From an uncultured Candidatus Saccharibacteria bacterium (GTDB taxonomy: Bacteria > Patescibacteriota > Dojkabacteria > J137), in NCBI GenBank assembly GCA_964414295.1, contig CAYPVU010000002.1, positions 1 to 63,861 on the forward strand: 63,861 nucleotides of DNA. The letters run 5' to 3'. Below, piece by piece: positions 9,113-20,800 of the stretch. The position numbers and the translations under genes are program-made. Position 1 is the first letter of the stretch; each line of letters opens with the position of its first letter. The notes beneath the pieces are model-generated. The model made no database searches, had not been told where the DNA came from, and worked only from the letters and a program-made list of their open reading frames with translations.

Positions 9113-11129
9113 TACCTATTAATTTTAAAGTATCTTCATTTGGTATACTTGAAAATATAATACTCTGAGGTTTTAAAGACTTAGTAAATTTAATTAATTC
9201 CTCATTGAAAGAATTAAATCTTACAATGAACTCCATATTTTTATCGTGTGCAATTCTTTTTAGAGTATCAAGAGCGTGCATTCCTACAATATGGTCAACT
9301 TCTCTTATCTCGCTTCTAAATGTAAGAGCCTTTAATAATTTAGAATAATTTACAATTATTCCGTCTATTCTGTTTTTTTGAATTCTATCTAATTCAAAAA
9401 TAAATGATGGTACGCATACCTCAGCATAAATTCTAAACGAAGTGGCTCTTTTTAATCCGCTAGTATTAAATAACTTTTCGATGTCTTCCAAATTGCTTAA
9501 ATTTCTTAATCCTGAAATTGAAACATGAATATTTCTAGCATTATGTTGTTGTCTGGATTTTTTTATTGCCATTATTTCAATTCCTAGACTTTCTGGGTAG
9601 TCAATAAATCTTTCATCTAAGTTATATTTATATTTATTTTCACTTATGCCTAACAATTTTAATTCCATTTGAGAGATTGTAGAAAGTTGGTAAATCATTG
9701 GCTTATGTATTGCACATCTAGATGCAGTAGATAAATCTAAAGAGTACTTTTCTAATAAACTTATTAAAACTTTTTGATTTGTTGCATACTCTTCAGGAAG
9801 AATATTGTTGTTTAAAATCATTTCTGTGCCGTCGTAGAAACTTCCGCTAAAGTAATGCAGAGCACTAAGATGTTTAGAATTCATTTTTGAAATATCTAAA
9901 TATAGTCCTGATTCAAAAATGAAATCATCCATATATTTTATTTTTCCATCTTCAGGTTCTTTGTCTTTTTTTAGCAAAGGAAGTTCAAGTGCTTGTTCTT
10001 TAATTTCGGGAATCTCTTCTTCTATTAATGGAGCTTCTTCCTTTCCTTCAACTATATCAAGTACTTCTTCCGCAAGCTTTTCTATGTCTGGTTCCTTTTC
10101 TTTTACTACTTTAGGTTCAGTTTTAATCGGCTTTTCGATAGCTTTTTCTACTTTATGTTCAATGTCGGGCAATATTAAGGGATCTAAAGACATTATAAAT
10201 AGTTCTCCAGTTTCTATTCCCCATTTTACCGTTACATCCTGTCTAAAAAGGTTTTCAATTTTTTTTACAATTTTCGAAATATAAACAACAGTTTCATCAT
10301 CTAATTTAGGATTCTTTTTCCATGTTTCCGAAAGTTCAACTTTTATAAATTTATTATTGTTAGTAGGTTTTAACTCATGTATAAACATGTGGTTTTGAGG
10401 AACTATATGTTTATTAATTACTCTATAGTTCTTTTTATCTACAGTGTATGTATCACATAAAGTGTTAAATTCTTGGGTCTCAACTCCATAAATTGCTTTT
10501 ACATCCATTTCTTCTTTACTAAATACTGTTGCACTATTTCCATATCCCGATACTTCTGCTCTAATAAGTTTTTGAATAATTAATGCAACGCTAATTTCTT
10601 CTTTGTAATAAGAGTTTGCTCTAAACTCTAAAGCTTCTTCACTAAATAAAGTAGCCCAGCTTTTTTTTATTTGAATAAATAAATCCTGAACTCCTTGTAA
10701 AAGTGTTTCATTAGGTTTGTAAGAGGTTACAGGAATATACTTTTCTTCGATAATATTAGAAGTAACCATTGTTACAATAGGATTTTCGTTGTTAGCAGTA
10801 AGTTTTTGATAAGCAAAAGTTAATTCTTCCATTAATTTACTTCCTATCTCTGCCTCCATTATTAACTTTTTTATTTCATGAGATGCTTCTACAGCACTTT
10901 GCTTAATAAATGGTCTTACCTTTTTTAATTGTTTTGCTATTGGGCCAACTAAATTATTTTCTACAACAAAGTTATCAAATGCCAAAGTTGAAATAATAAA
11001 GGATGGGGGTATAGGTATATTTTCTCTAACTAAGAATGCTAAATCTATAGCTTCTCGACCTACTAGCTCAAAGTCTCTTTCTTTTAAATTGTGTGGTGTG
11101 AGAATAAACTCAAATTTTGGTGTACTCAT
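9105..11129 (-). CDS. degenerate PEP synthase (PpsA)-like protein: ATP-grasp-like N-domain plus TIM-barrel C-domain, no phospho-His domain
   Basis: LVGREAIDLAFL, IPIPPSFIIST, KKSWATLFSEEALEFR, ALIIQK and GLKRATSFRIYAEVCVPS follow PpsA segments; no GGxTSHAAI motif. Confidence 0.8.
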   Translation of the reverse strand: MSTPKFEFILTPHNLKERDFELVGREAIDLAFLVRENIPIPPSFIISTLAFDNFVVENNLVGPIAKQLKKVRPFIKQSAVEASHEIKKLIMEAEIGSKLMEELTFAYQKLTANNENPIVTMVTSNIIEEKYIPVTSYKPNETLLQGVQDLFIQIKKSWATLFSEEALEFRANSYYKEEISVALIIQKLIRAEVSGYGNSATVFSKEEMDVKAIYGVETQEFNTLCDTYTVDKKNYRVINKHIVPQNHMFIHELKPTNNNKFIKVELSETWKKNPKLDDETVVYISKIVKKIENLFRQDVTVKWGIETGELFIMSLDPLILPDIEHKVEKAIEKPIKTEPKVVKEKEPDIEKLAEEVLDIVEGKEEAPLIEEEIPEIKEQALELPLLKKDKEPEDGKIKYMDDFIFESGLYLDISKMNSKHLSALHYFSGSFYDGTEMILNNNILPEEYATNQKVLISLLEKYSLDLSTASRCAIHKPMIYQLSTISQMELKLLGISENKYKYNLDERFIDYPESLGIEIMAIKKSRQQHNARNIHVSISGLRNLSNLEDIEKLFNTSGLKRATSFRIYAEVCVPSFIFELDRIQKNRIDGIIVNYSKLLKALTFRSEIREVDHIVGMHALDTLKRIAHDKNMEFIVRFNSFNEELIKFTKSLKPQSIIFSSIPNEDTLKLIGTN

Positions 11130-11224
11130 AATTTCTTTTAATATTATGAAAGTTTAGTAAGTCCATGTCAATTAAAAGACTTAGTTCTTGTTATAATCTG
11201 TTACCTAAATAGAAAGGAATCGTA

Positions 11225-11467
11225 ATGAAGCGTTCTAATATGCTGATTTTAACCGGGGTCGTAGTACTCATCCTTTTCTTAGGACTGTCATTTGACATGC
11301 AGGAGCTTCCTTCAGTAGCGGTTACCAACTATGGCTTGCCATGTAGTGACCATACTACAGTGTTTGCTCCAAAGGGGATCGCCCAGCTATTCATTCCTAA
11401 AAGCATACATGTAGTATATCAGGAATGTTTAGGTGGCAACGATTCTATGTGGGTCTCTTTTAAGTAA
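11225..11467 (+). CDS. small membrane-anchored orphan protein (TM plus two Cys)
   Basis: Upstream TATAAT and SD-like AAAGGA; downstream hairpin. Confidence 0.6.
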   Translation: MKRSNMLILTGVVVLILFLGLSFDMQELPSVAVTNYGLPCSDHTTVFAPKGIAQLFIPKSIHVVYQECLGGNDSMWVSFK

Positions 11468-11478
11468 GAGATCTCAAT

Positions 11479-11503
11479 ATGCGCTGGCTTTCAGCCAGCG
11501 CAT
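11479..11503. terminator. hairpin terminator between the orphan ORF and clpC
   Basis: ATGCGCTGGCT-TTC-AGCCAGCGCAT. Confidence 0.75.
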
Positions 11504-11507
11504 TAAG

Positions 11508-13979
11508 TTATTCTACCTGGAATTTATTGTCTTTATAAATAACTTTTACTTTATCTCCAGATTTTATTTTATCGTCAAGTATTAGACTTGAAAGTAAGTT
11601 ATCAATCTCACTTTGTACAGCTCGTTTTATAGGTCTTGCTCCATATTGAGGATTGTAACTAATGTCTGCAATTTCTTCTACAACACTTTCATCGAATTCA
11701 ACTTCTATATTCTGTGCATGAGTTAATTGCTTAGTATTATTTAGTATTAATCTAACAATATTTTTAACTTCATCCTTATTAAGTGCTTTAAACATAATTA
11801 TTTCATCTAGTCTGTTTAAGAACTCAGGTCTAAAGAACTTTTGCAATTGTTCAAAAACACCTGCTCTAACTTCTTCCCATGAAGGTGCAAGTTCGCTTGT
11901 ATCTTTAAACTTAATTAATCCTTCTTTATTTTGTGGTTTTACTTTATCTAATGTTTTAGTTAATTCCTTAATGCCTAACGAAGTTAGAATCAAGTCCGAT
12001 CCAATATTACTTGTAGCAATAATGATAGTATTTTTAAAGTCTACTACTCTGCCCTTCCCATCTGTAAGTTTCCCATCATCCAAAACCTGCAGAAGTATAT
12101 TAAATACGTCTGGGTGTGCTTTTTCTAGTTCATCTAATAGTATTACAGAATATGGTTTTCTTCTTACTTTCTCAGTTAATTGCCCTCCTTCTTCATAACC
12201 TACGTAACCTGGAGGTGCACCAATTAATCTAGTTACTGCAAACTTTTCCATATATTCACTCATATCAATTCTGATCATTGCATCTTCATCACCAAATACT
12301 ACTTCTGATAAAGCCTTTGCTAACTCTGTTTTTCCTACTCCTGTAGGACCTAAAAATAAAAAAGATGCTATTGGTCTTTTAGGGTCTTTTAGTCCAGTTC
12401 GTGATCTTCTAATTGCTTGAGCTACTAAATACACTGCTTCATCTTGTCCAATTACTCTATCATGTAGCTTATCTTCTAATCCTTTTAGATTTTCTTTTTC
12501 TTGTTTGTTTAGTTCTGTTATAGGTATTCCAGTCATCCTAGAAATTACTTCATGAATGTCTGATATTGTAACTTCCGGTGTACCTGTTCCTCTTTGCTTT
12601 AACCATTCATCTTCAATAGGTTTTAATTCTTCCTTTAATTGTTCAATCTTAACTTTAACCTCTGCAGCCTCTTTATGCTGAGATGCTCTTGTTAAAGATT
12701 CTCTTTCTGTTTCTAATTTTTTAACTTCTTCTTTTATTCTTCTTAATTCATTAGGTTCACTCGTAAACTTAATTCTTACCCTACTTGCTGCTTCGTCTAC
12801 AATATCAATTGCTTTATCTGGTAAAAATCTATTTTTTATATATCTATTAGATAAGTTCGCAGCTGCAGTTAAAGCTTCTTCTTGAATCTTTAATTTGTGG
12901 TGAGCTTCGTATCTTTCCTTTATTCCTCTTAGAATTAATACGGTCTGATCTACAGTAGGTTCATCTACCAATACAGGCTGAAACCTTCTTTCTAGTGCAG
13001 CATCTTTTTCTATATATTTTTGATATTCATTTAAAGTTGTAGCTCCAATTACTTGAAGTTCTCCTCTGGCTAACGCAGGCTTAATCATATTAGAAAAGTC
13101 TAATTCTCCGCTTTGTGCTCCGCTACCAACAATTGTATGTAATTCATCTATAAATAAAATTACATTTCTTTCTACTTTTTCTAAATCTTCTATTAACTTT
13201 TTTACTCTGTCTTCAAATTCTCCTCTAAATTTAGAGCCAGCAATCAGTTTGCTTAAATCTAAAGATTTAACTACTTTGTTTTTTAATACTTCTGGTACTT
13301 GGTCTAAAATAATTCTTTGAGCTAAACCTTCTGCTATTGCTGTTTTACCTACTCCAGGTTCTCCTATTAATACAGGATTATTCTTTTTTCTTCTAGATAA
13401 TATTTCTATAACTCTTGTAATTTCATCATCTCTTCCTATTACAGGGTCAATTTTATCTTGTCTAGCAAGTTCGTTAAGATCTTTTGTAAACTCATTTAAA
13501 GTAGGAGTATCTAATCCGCTTCCTACCTTATTCCCCTCCTTGTCACCTTCACCTACAACTTTTATAACAGCTTGTCTTGCTTGTGTATGATTAATTGCAT
13601 ACTTATTTAGAATTTGTGCTGCTAGTCCTTCTCTTTCAAGTATTAAACCTAAAAATAGGTGTTCAGTCCCAATGTAGTTATGTCGTAGTTCAATTGATTC
13701 ATTATTTGCTAATTGCAGAACTTGGTAAGCCCTTGGTGTAAAGCTAGGTGTTTCTAGTTTGAAGCTACCTTTAGACATTTGTTTATCTAAATACTCTCTA
13801 AGCTCATTTGTATTTATGCCTAACTCTTTAAAGACTCTTTTCATTACAATTTCGTCTTCAGTTAATCCATATAAAATATGTTCGGTATCTATTGCTCTTT
13901 GTTCTTTTTTTGCAGCAATTTCAAATGCTTTTTGTAAAGCTTCTTGTGTTCTTTTAGAAAATTGATCAGGTAAGTTCAT
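11508..13979 (-). CDS. clpC: ATP-dependent Clp protease ATPase subunit (ClpC/ClpB family, short M domain)
   Basis: Clp-N repeats, two Walker A motifs ([16 protein letters not shown]), [15 protein letters not shown]. Confidence 0.9.
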   Translation of the reverse strand: MNLPDQFSKRTQEALQKAFEIAAKKEQRAIDTEHILYGLTEDEIVMKRVFKELGINTNELREYLDKQMSKGSFKLETPSFTPRAYQVLQLANNESIELRHNYIGTEHLFLGLILEREGLAAQILNKYAINHTQARQAVIKVVGEGDKEGNKVGSGLDTPTLNEFTKDLNELARQDKIDPVIGRDDEITRVIEILSRRKKNNPVLIGEPGVGKTAIAEGLAQRIILDQVPEVLKNKVVKSLDLSKLIAGSKFRGEFEDRVKKLIEDLEKVERNVILFIDELHTIVGSGAQSGELDFSNMIKPALARGELQVIGATTLNEYQKYIEKDAALERRFQPVLVDEPTVDQTVLILRGIKERYEAHHKLKIQEEALTAAANLSNRYIKNRFLPDKAIDIVDEAASRVRIKFTSEPNELRRIKEEVKKLETERESLTRASQHKEAAEVKVKIEQLKEELKPIEDEWLKQRGTGTPEVTISDIHEVISRMTGIPITELNKQEKENLKGLEDKLHDRVIGQDEAVYLVAQAIRRSRTGLKDPKRPIASFLFLGPTGVGKTELAKALSEVVFGDEDAMIRIDMSEYMEKFAVTRLIGAPPGYVGYEEGGQLTEKVRRKPYSVILLDELEKAHPDVFNILLQVLDDGKLTDGKGRVVDFKNTIIIATSNIGSDLILTSLGIKELTKTLDKVKPQNKEGLIKFKDTSELAPSWEEVRAGVFEQLQKFFRPEFLNRLDEIIMFKALNKDEVKNIVRLILNNTKQLTHAQNIEVEFDESVVEEIADISYNPQYGARPIKRAVQSEIDNLLSSLILDDKIKSGDKVKVIYKDNKFQVE

Positions 13980-14129
13980 ATTGAATTCACACTTATAATT
14001 AAAAATAATTTTATTTATAATGTCCTTTTAATTTTAGCAGATGGTGGCGTTACCTGCTAATTTTTTCTAATACAGTGTAAAGATTTTGTTTATCTGATAA
14101 ACTTTTAACAGTTATATTCAATTCTAGAA

Positions 14130-14840
14130 ATGAGCTCTGAGGCACCGGGACCACAAAATAATAGTAGTTTTTCGCAAGGGCGAAAAATCTTAAGAGATAA
14201 TGCAAATAGAAAATTAGATTCAACAAATCAAAAATCTAGATTAATACAAAATATAGTCTCAGTACGTTATGCAGCATTAAGTCCAAGAGCAGCAGAAATT
14301 CAAGCCAATAGAGATTATAATAATGCTATTGCTGCAATTAGTGAAAGATTGCAATCAGAAAATCCTGATTTAGATGCGGCTCAGATAGCAACTCTTGCTG
14401 AACAGGAATTATTAAGCAATGCTAATTCTTTAAAGGCTTTGGTTGGATCAGGCGCGATAGCAGCAGCATCAAGGGCTAAGAAAACAATAGATAAAGCAAA
14501 AAAAATTAAAAAAGCAGCTACCGCTGCAAGGGCTTTAAAATTATCCAATCCTATAGGATGGATATGGCTTGCATTAGAGTTTTTGATTTTTACAAAAACA
14601 GGTAGAAAAGTTTTTTTAGTACTATCTTTATGTTTGTGTTGTTGTTGCATATTGGTTTTAGGATCCTTAAGTAGTATGTTGCAGTTTAGAGTTGAAAATT
14701 TAGGTGACGCAATAAAAAATTCTTCTACTCTAATCTATTGTGCTGGAGGGCAAGATTTAGTTGAGCAAACTACTTGTATGTTTGAACAAAAATCAGAAGA
14801 GTATTTACAAGATGTATATACAGATGAAGAACAAAATTAA
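14130..14840 (+). CDS. hypothetical membrane protein, first gene of a three-gene overlapping operon
   Basis: Ala/Lys-rich helical N-region, hydrophobic segments including LCLCCCCILVLG; overlaps the next ORF. Confidence 0.7.
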   Translation: MSSEAPGPQNNSSFSQGRKILRDNANRKLDSTNQKSRLIQNIVSVRYAALSPRAAEIQANRDYNNAIAAISERLQSENPDLDAAQIATLAEQELLSNANSLKALVGSGAIAAASRAKKTIDKAKKIKKAATAARALKLSNPIGWIWLALEFLIFTKTGRKVFLVLSLCLCCCCILVLGSLSSMLQFRVENLGDAIKNSSTLIYCAGGQDLVEQTTCMFEQKSEEYLQDVYTDEEQN

Positions 14841-17800
14841 TACATTTATTAAAAATATAATTAAACAATTTAAGCTTTCTAAAAGGCTACCTATAATAAT
14901 ATTTGCTACATTTATAGTTTTGTATGGTTATGCCAGCTTAAAACAAACATTAATAGAAAGTATACAAATGGGTTATATAATCCCAAATACTTTTGTTAAT
15001 TCTGTAGTAGTAGCCTTAGATGGATTCGTTAATCCCGATGGTGTGATTGCAAATGCTGTAGATATTACAAAAAAGGTTGGTTCAGGTGAATCTGTTTTAG
15101 TTGAAGATGTTTTTAGAAGATGTGAGATTCAAAGTGAAAATAGAGTTAGTAAAGCCTACTTTCAATTATACGATACAAAAACCGGAGTAAATCAAGGAGA
15201 GATGATTGGTGGAAGTGGATCAGGACAAGAGGTTCGAGATTATTTAAGATGGAAAAATAGGGCTTCATTAGATTTAGAAGCTAGTCAAATGGTAGGCATT
15301 GTTTCTAGCAGTAATCCAGATGTAGTTGCTGATTTTATTATAAAAAATAATGAGGATGGATTTATTCCAATTATTAGACTTGGAATAATTGATTTAGGAG
15401 TTTGGCCATTTGATTTAACCGAAAATAGCGATTCGTTAGTTGCCTTTTATCAAGCAATAGGGGAAAGACTAATGAATGAGAATAAAGGTTATAGAGCTGT
15501 AATTTCTTTTGGACCAAATGAGCCACATACAAATGTACCAGATACTACTCCATTTATGGGTGTAAACTATGCCACAATGGTTCAAAGACAGAATCAAGCT
15601 GCTGATAGATTACAAAAATTCAGAGTAAAAAATGGCGGACCATTCTGGTTTGCTCCTTCTATATTTAACGGAACCGAATCTTTTGTAGCTGATGGAAAAG
15701 AATATTCTTATGACATTTATCACCATTTATATATAGGTGGTATTGGTAGTACAGATAAAAACTACTGGACTCGACCAAACATAGATCCTGCTTTATTTGA
15801 TGCAATGTTAGTTAATGTATACTCAGCACCTACTAAGACTGCATGGGAGTTTTATAGAGATTTTGGTTTAAAGGAATATGTAGATGGTAGAGAAAATCTT
15901 GTAACTGTAGTTACAGAATTTGGTGCTACTCCAGATGCTACAAGTTTAACAATAGATGATTTAAAGGACGACTTTAAACAGTTATACGATGATCAAAAAA
16001 TTGAAGGTATAAACTGGTTTAGAGCAATCAAGGACATGCCTTCTATTCCTCCACAACCTCAAGAGAATCAAAGATTAGAACTATCTGACTTTATTACCTT
16101 TACGGAGCAAGCAAATAAGAATACAAAAAAGATTTCATTAAAAGTAGATTCATGGCTTAATTGTAATCTTTCCTCTACTCTTTATACTAAAAGTACTAGT
16201 GGGAATGGTGGTACAACTCCCCCATTAAATATAAAAACAAAAGGAGGCTTAAATGAAGGTACCGTTGTAGGCGGTGATTTCTCTTCACAAATAAGCAAGG
16301 CAAAAGAAGTTGGATTAAGTGGTTTTACTTTAGGTATGGCAACTAGTCCAAGTCAGGTAGATGCAACAGTAGCCTTTATAAATCAGTCTATCTCAAGTGG
16401 AATGGTACCTATTGTAAGGCTTTGTTATTTAGGCAGTCCGGGAAGCCCAAGAGGAGAAAATTGTAGTTTTGATTTATCCGGAGGCAAAACAGCCGATGTA
16501 GTTAATTTTTATAAAAGTGTAGCTCAAAGAGCAAGCGGATCTTTTATTGGTATTATTGGACCAAATGAACCGGGAACTGGTTTCCCTGAGGGCTTAGGTG
16601 AAATGAAAGGATTTGGTCTAAATAGTTACGATGAAGCTGTAGCATCTGCAAATAAAGTTGCTGCAGAACTTCAGGGTACACCAAAAATGTTGATTGCCCC
16701 GGCTGCATTTAATCTTATTAATCCTCAAAATAATGACTTTGAACAATATAGAAGTAAAGGTTTAAACGCAAGTTTATTTGATGTAATAATTGGTAATGCC
16801 TATAACGCAGATCCTTACAAGGCTGCTACCGCAATTGATGCGGCTGCAAGTTATGCAAAATCTAATGGAATGAAGTTTATTGTTACTGAAACAGGCAATA
16901 TAGTTGGCAGAACCTCTGAAGATTTTAAAAATAGTGTAGCAGCATTATGTCAAAAAGTAGATGGATTCTTAATGTTTAGATCTGTACAAGGCTTATCTCC
17001 AACTGATGGAAATTACGAAAATAAACCACAGCTTTACTCTACAGAAGAATTAAAAAACTTTGCTAGAGCTTGCGGAGGTGGAAGTAGTACTGGAGATACT
17101 TCCTCAGAAACTACAGCAGTACCCGTAGCTGATGAGTTAAGTACAGGCGGTAGTACAACTACAGCGAATGCATGTACAGGAGGTGTGCCAGAAAATCAAA
17201 TCATATTTGTTGGTGATAGTTTAACCGATTGGCTCGGAAGAAGAGTCTTTTCAGGAGTCCCAGAAAAATTTGAAATTGGAGAACCTGGTGCAAGTACTTA
17301 TTGGTTTATGCCTGGGGGTCAAAAAGGAAATACTTATTCAGATAAAGTAAAAGCTGCTGCCGCGGATACACAAGCAAAGGCTTTGTTTTTAATGCTTGGT
17401 ACTAATGATTGTGGAGGAGTTGCCGATGATGCATTTAGGAGTAATTTAACTGCTATTGTAAATTATATTAAAGCAGCTGCTCATCCTGATCTAGATATTT
17501 ATTTAAGTACTATTCCAAATTATAGAGCAGGATGTTCACCAGAAAAAATTAGTTCTTACAATAATATTATTAGAAGCGTTCAATCTTCTACAGGAGTATC
17601 TTTAAGAGATGTAGGAGATTTTGTTGAATCTGATACTACAGATGGTGTTCACTTAACTAATCAAGGTTACGAAAGAATTGCAAATAAAACTCGTGAATTA
17701 CTAGGCGGGACGTGTCCTAGTACTGGAAACAATGGAGGGTCCGGTCCAGGTGGATCCGGAGGGTCAGGCGGTACTTCTTTAGTTGCAGGTTCTACAGCTC

Positions 17801-20800
17801 TTGCGTGTGGTGTAGAACAAGATAAACCAGCAACCTTTTATCAGGGTAAAAATGCTGCTGCTTTAAGGGTTAGGTGTGCAGGAGGATCTTGTACAACAAA
17901 AAAAGTTGATACAGTAGATATAGAAGCTCCAATTAAATTATTTGCTAGTAATTCTCCAAATGGAACACTAAGAAATAGATTATCACCTGTATCACAAATT
18001 GCTGCAGCTGCATCTAATAATCCTGGTTATGATGCATTAAATATGTTTGCTGGAGAAATTAAAGTTGCCGGAAAATCTTATGCCATGCCTGGTTTAGGAA
18101 GTGCAACAAACAGCTCCTTTACTATTCTAAGAGATTCATTAACAGATAGATTTACAAAGAATCTAGGTACAAAAAGTACTGGTAGCCTTTTAAAGACAAC
18201 TCAATTGAAATTACAAAGTCAGTTAAGTGATAGTTCAACAATTCCAGTAATAGGATCTCGAGAAGTATTTGTTAATAGTACAAACACAGTTTCAATCGGA
18301 GGTGAAGATACTGATTTAGAATCGATAGATGATAGAACGGTATGTTTTGACGGAGAGTGTTACAACAATGACTCAGGATTGGCAGATTGGAGAAAAAATA
18401 TGCTTCCCTATGATCCTAGCATTGCATATCCAACATATTATGCTCCAAAAGCATGTCAAACTTCTTCAATGAAGTTTGTAAATAATCTTGATAACTATAT
18501 CACGGGTCCTGAAATGATTTTGAAACCGCAATCTACTGTATTTAGCGGAACTACTCAAGATGTTTGTTGGCTATATTCTGGAAGAAACCTACAAAGCAGA
18601 TCTCCATTAATGTCAGGAGATGGTGTAAAAACGTGCGGATATATTTTTGATACTAGAATATTTCCTGGTGCGGACATTAATGCTACTTCTCCAGATAATG
18701 ATAAACCAAAAAGAAGAATACCAATTACAACTTATGATCCATTAACAGGCACTACTATTACAACTTATCAAATTGAATATACAAATTGGACTTGTAAGGA
18801 ATTATTTGATGGAGTTGCCAATCCTAATGACAGTGTAGAAGAAGATGCTGAATTTGCAAATGCCCCTGTCCCAGGAGGAGCAAGATTACCAAAATGTGAT
18901 TTTGATGATTATGAATTTGAATTAAATAAAGGGCAAATCCCTCCTTCAGAAAGAAGTGGTAATTGCGACATTCAAGAAAAATATCAGCAATGTTTAAGAT
19001 ACGATCCTCAGGAAAGTGATCAGGTATATATTCATACAGATACTTATGAATCTGTACCAAAAGTAAGTATTCCAGAAATGTATAGTGCAATCTATGGCCT
19101 ATACGATAGATTGCAAACAATTTTAAGTCAAAGAAATGCCAAAATTATATTCCAAGAAAATATAGGAATGAAGTTAAAGGTAAACTCTAAAATAAGAGAT
19201 GCTAACGAAACTATCGCCTCTAAGCCATATAGTTACAGTAAAAGATTTGATGACTCTATTCTACCGGAATTAATAAGCAATACTATGCCTTTGGCATCTA
19301 ATAACTCTACAAAGACACAATATCAATATTTTGATGATCTTGGATATGTGGACGTACTTCAGGAATTAATAACTGCATATTCAGAAGAACATACATTATT
19401 AGGCGATCATATTATAGATAATCCATTCTTAGGAGGCAGTAATATATTTCCTGGTAGAACAAAAATTATGGCCGGAGGTACAGCAAATGTTGCCTTAGGA
19501 ACACCAATTTTAACTTGTGATCAGATAGAAATATGTAAGAGATTTACAGTAGATGAACTAGCAAGCACTTATGGTGAAAATATGGCAAGAAGATTATGTC
19601 CATTAAAAGAAAAGATTCCAGCTGGTGAAGAAAGAAATTGTATAACTTTCTTGAGTGATGATAGATATGATGACCGATTGAAAGATCAATTATGCAAAAG
19701 AGGTTTCCCTGTTGATAAAAATTGTAACTTTCAATGTTCTGTAGATGATGATGCAGATGGAGTTGACGATGATGATAATGATGATGACGGGGGAGATCCA
19801 CCAATTTCAGGATCTTATCCTAATACTGCTTGCCCTGTAGCAGATACTCAACATAGATGTTTCCAAGGACCCTATGGGACCTATACACATGGCAGTTCTA
19901 TGGGACTTCCGTTAGATTTATATCCTAACTTTACAGGAGGATCCTCTAATGCAGCTAATAGAGATAAAAGAATTGTTGCTCCAGAAGATGGAGAAGTGGT
20001 GGCTGTTATTAATGAAGGTGCACAGGGTACTAGAATTACATTAAAGGGTAAATCAGGACTGACTTATTATATTTTACATTTAAATGGTAATGACCCAAAT
20101 ATGGTTAAATCTGGACAGGTAAGAGGAGGACAAAGAATTGCTGAGATAGCTTCTCAAGCTACTGTTCCTGGTTTAGCATATAATGATGGTAATATCCATG
20201 CTCATGTTAGAGCTGAATACAATGGAAAAGATATTGATCCATATTTCTTGTTTGGACAAATTTTAAAGTGTAACGCAACTAAACCTAACGACAGTTGGGC
20301 TAACAGATTAGTATTAAATGGTGTTGTCTCTAATCCAAGAGCATACTGTGTAATTTCTTCAGGCAATACATTCCAACTTAATGATAATGGTCCAGATAAA
20401 GCAAGACAGTCAAAATCTGTAGACCCTGATACTTCAGCTTTAGATAATAATCAGGTTAAGGCTTTATTTGATGCTGCTTATGGCTCTACTACTGCATCTA
20501 CAGTAAATAATAATGCAGTTCAATCAGGCTCATCTACTAGTATCAATAGAACAATTGCCTTAGCATCTACCCCACTAAGTTCAGGAAAGGTATTAGGTAC
20601 TAGTACAGATCCAAGCGCATTTAAAATTAGAATACCTGTAAATGTCCAAACAGAAGTCTTATCTAATTATGGTCCAAGATGTTTTGAAAGAGAAGGCAGA
20701 CAATACTGTGATTACCATACAGGAGTAGATTTTGCTGAGGGAGTTAGTACAGGAGTATCAGTTGTTGCAGCAGAGTCCGGAAGGGTTATTAAAGTAGGTA

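Noticed and set aside
19744-19797. GAT/GAC-rich low-complexity run as a DNA repeat element
   Set aside because: It encodes an in-frame poly-Asp linker in the giant protein; the Gly/Ser run near 17730-17770 is likewise a linker.
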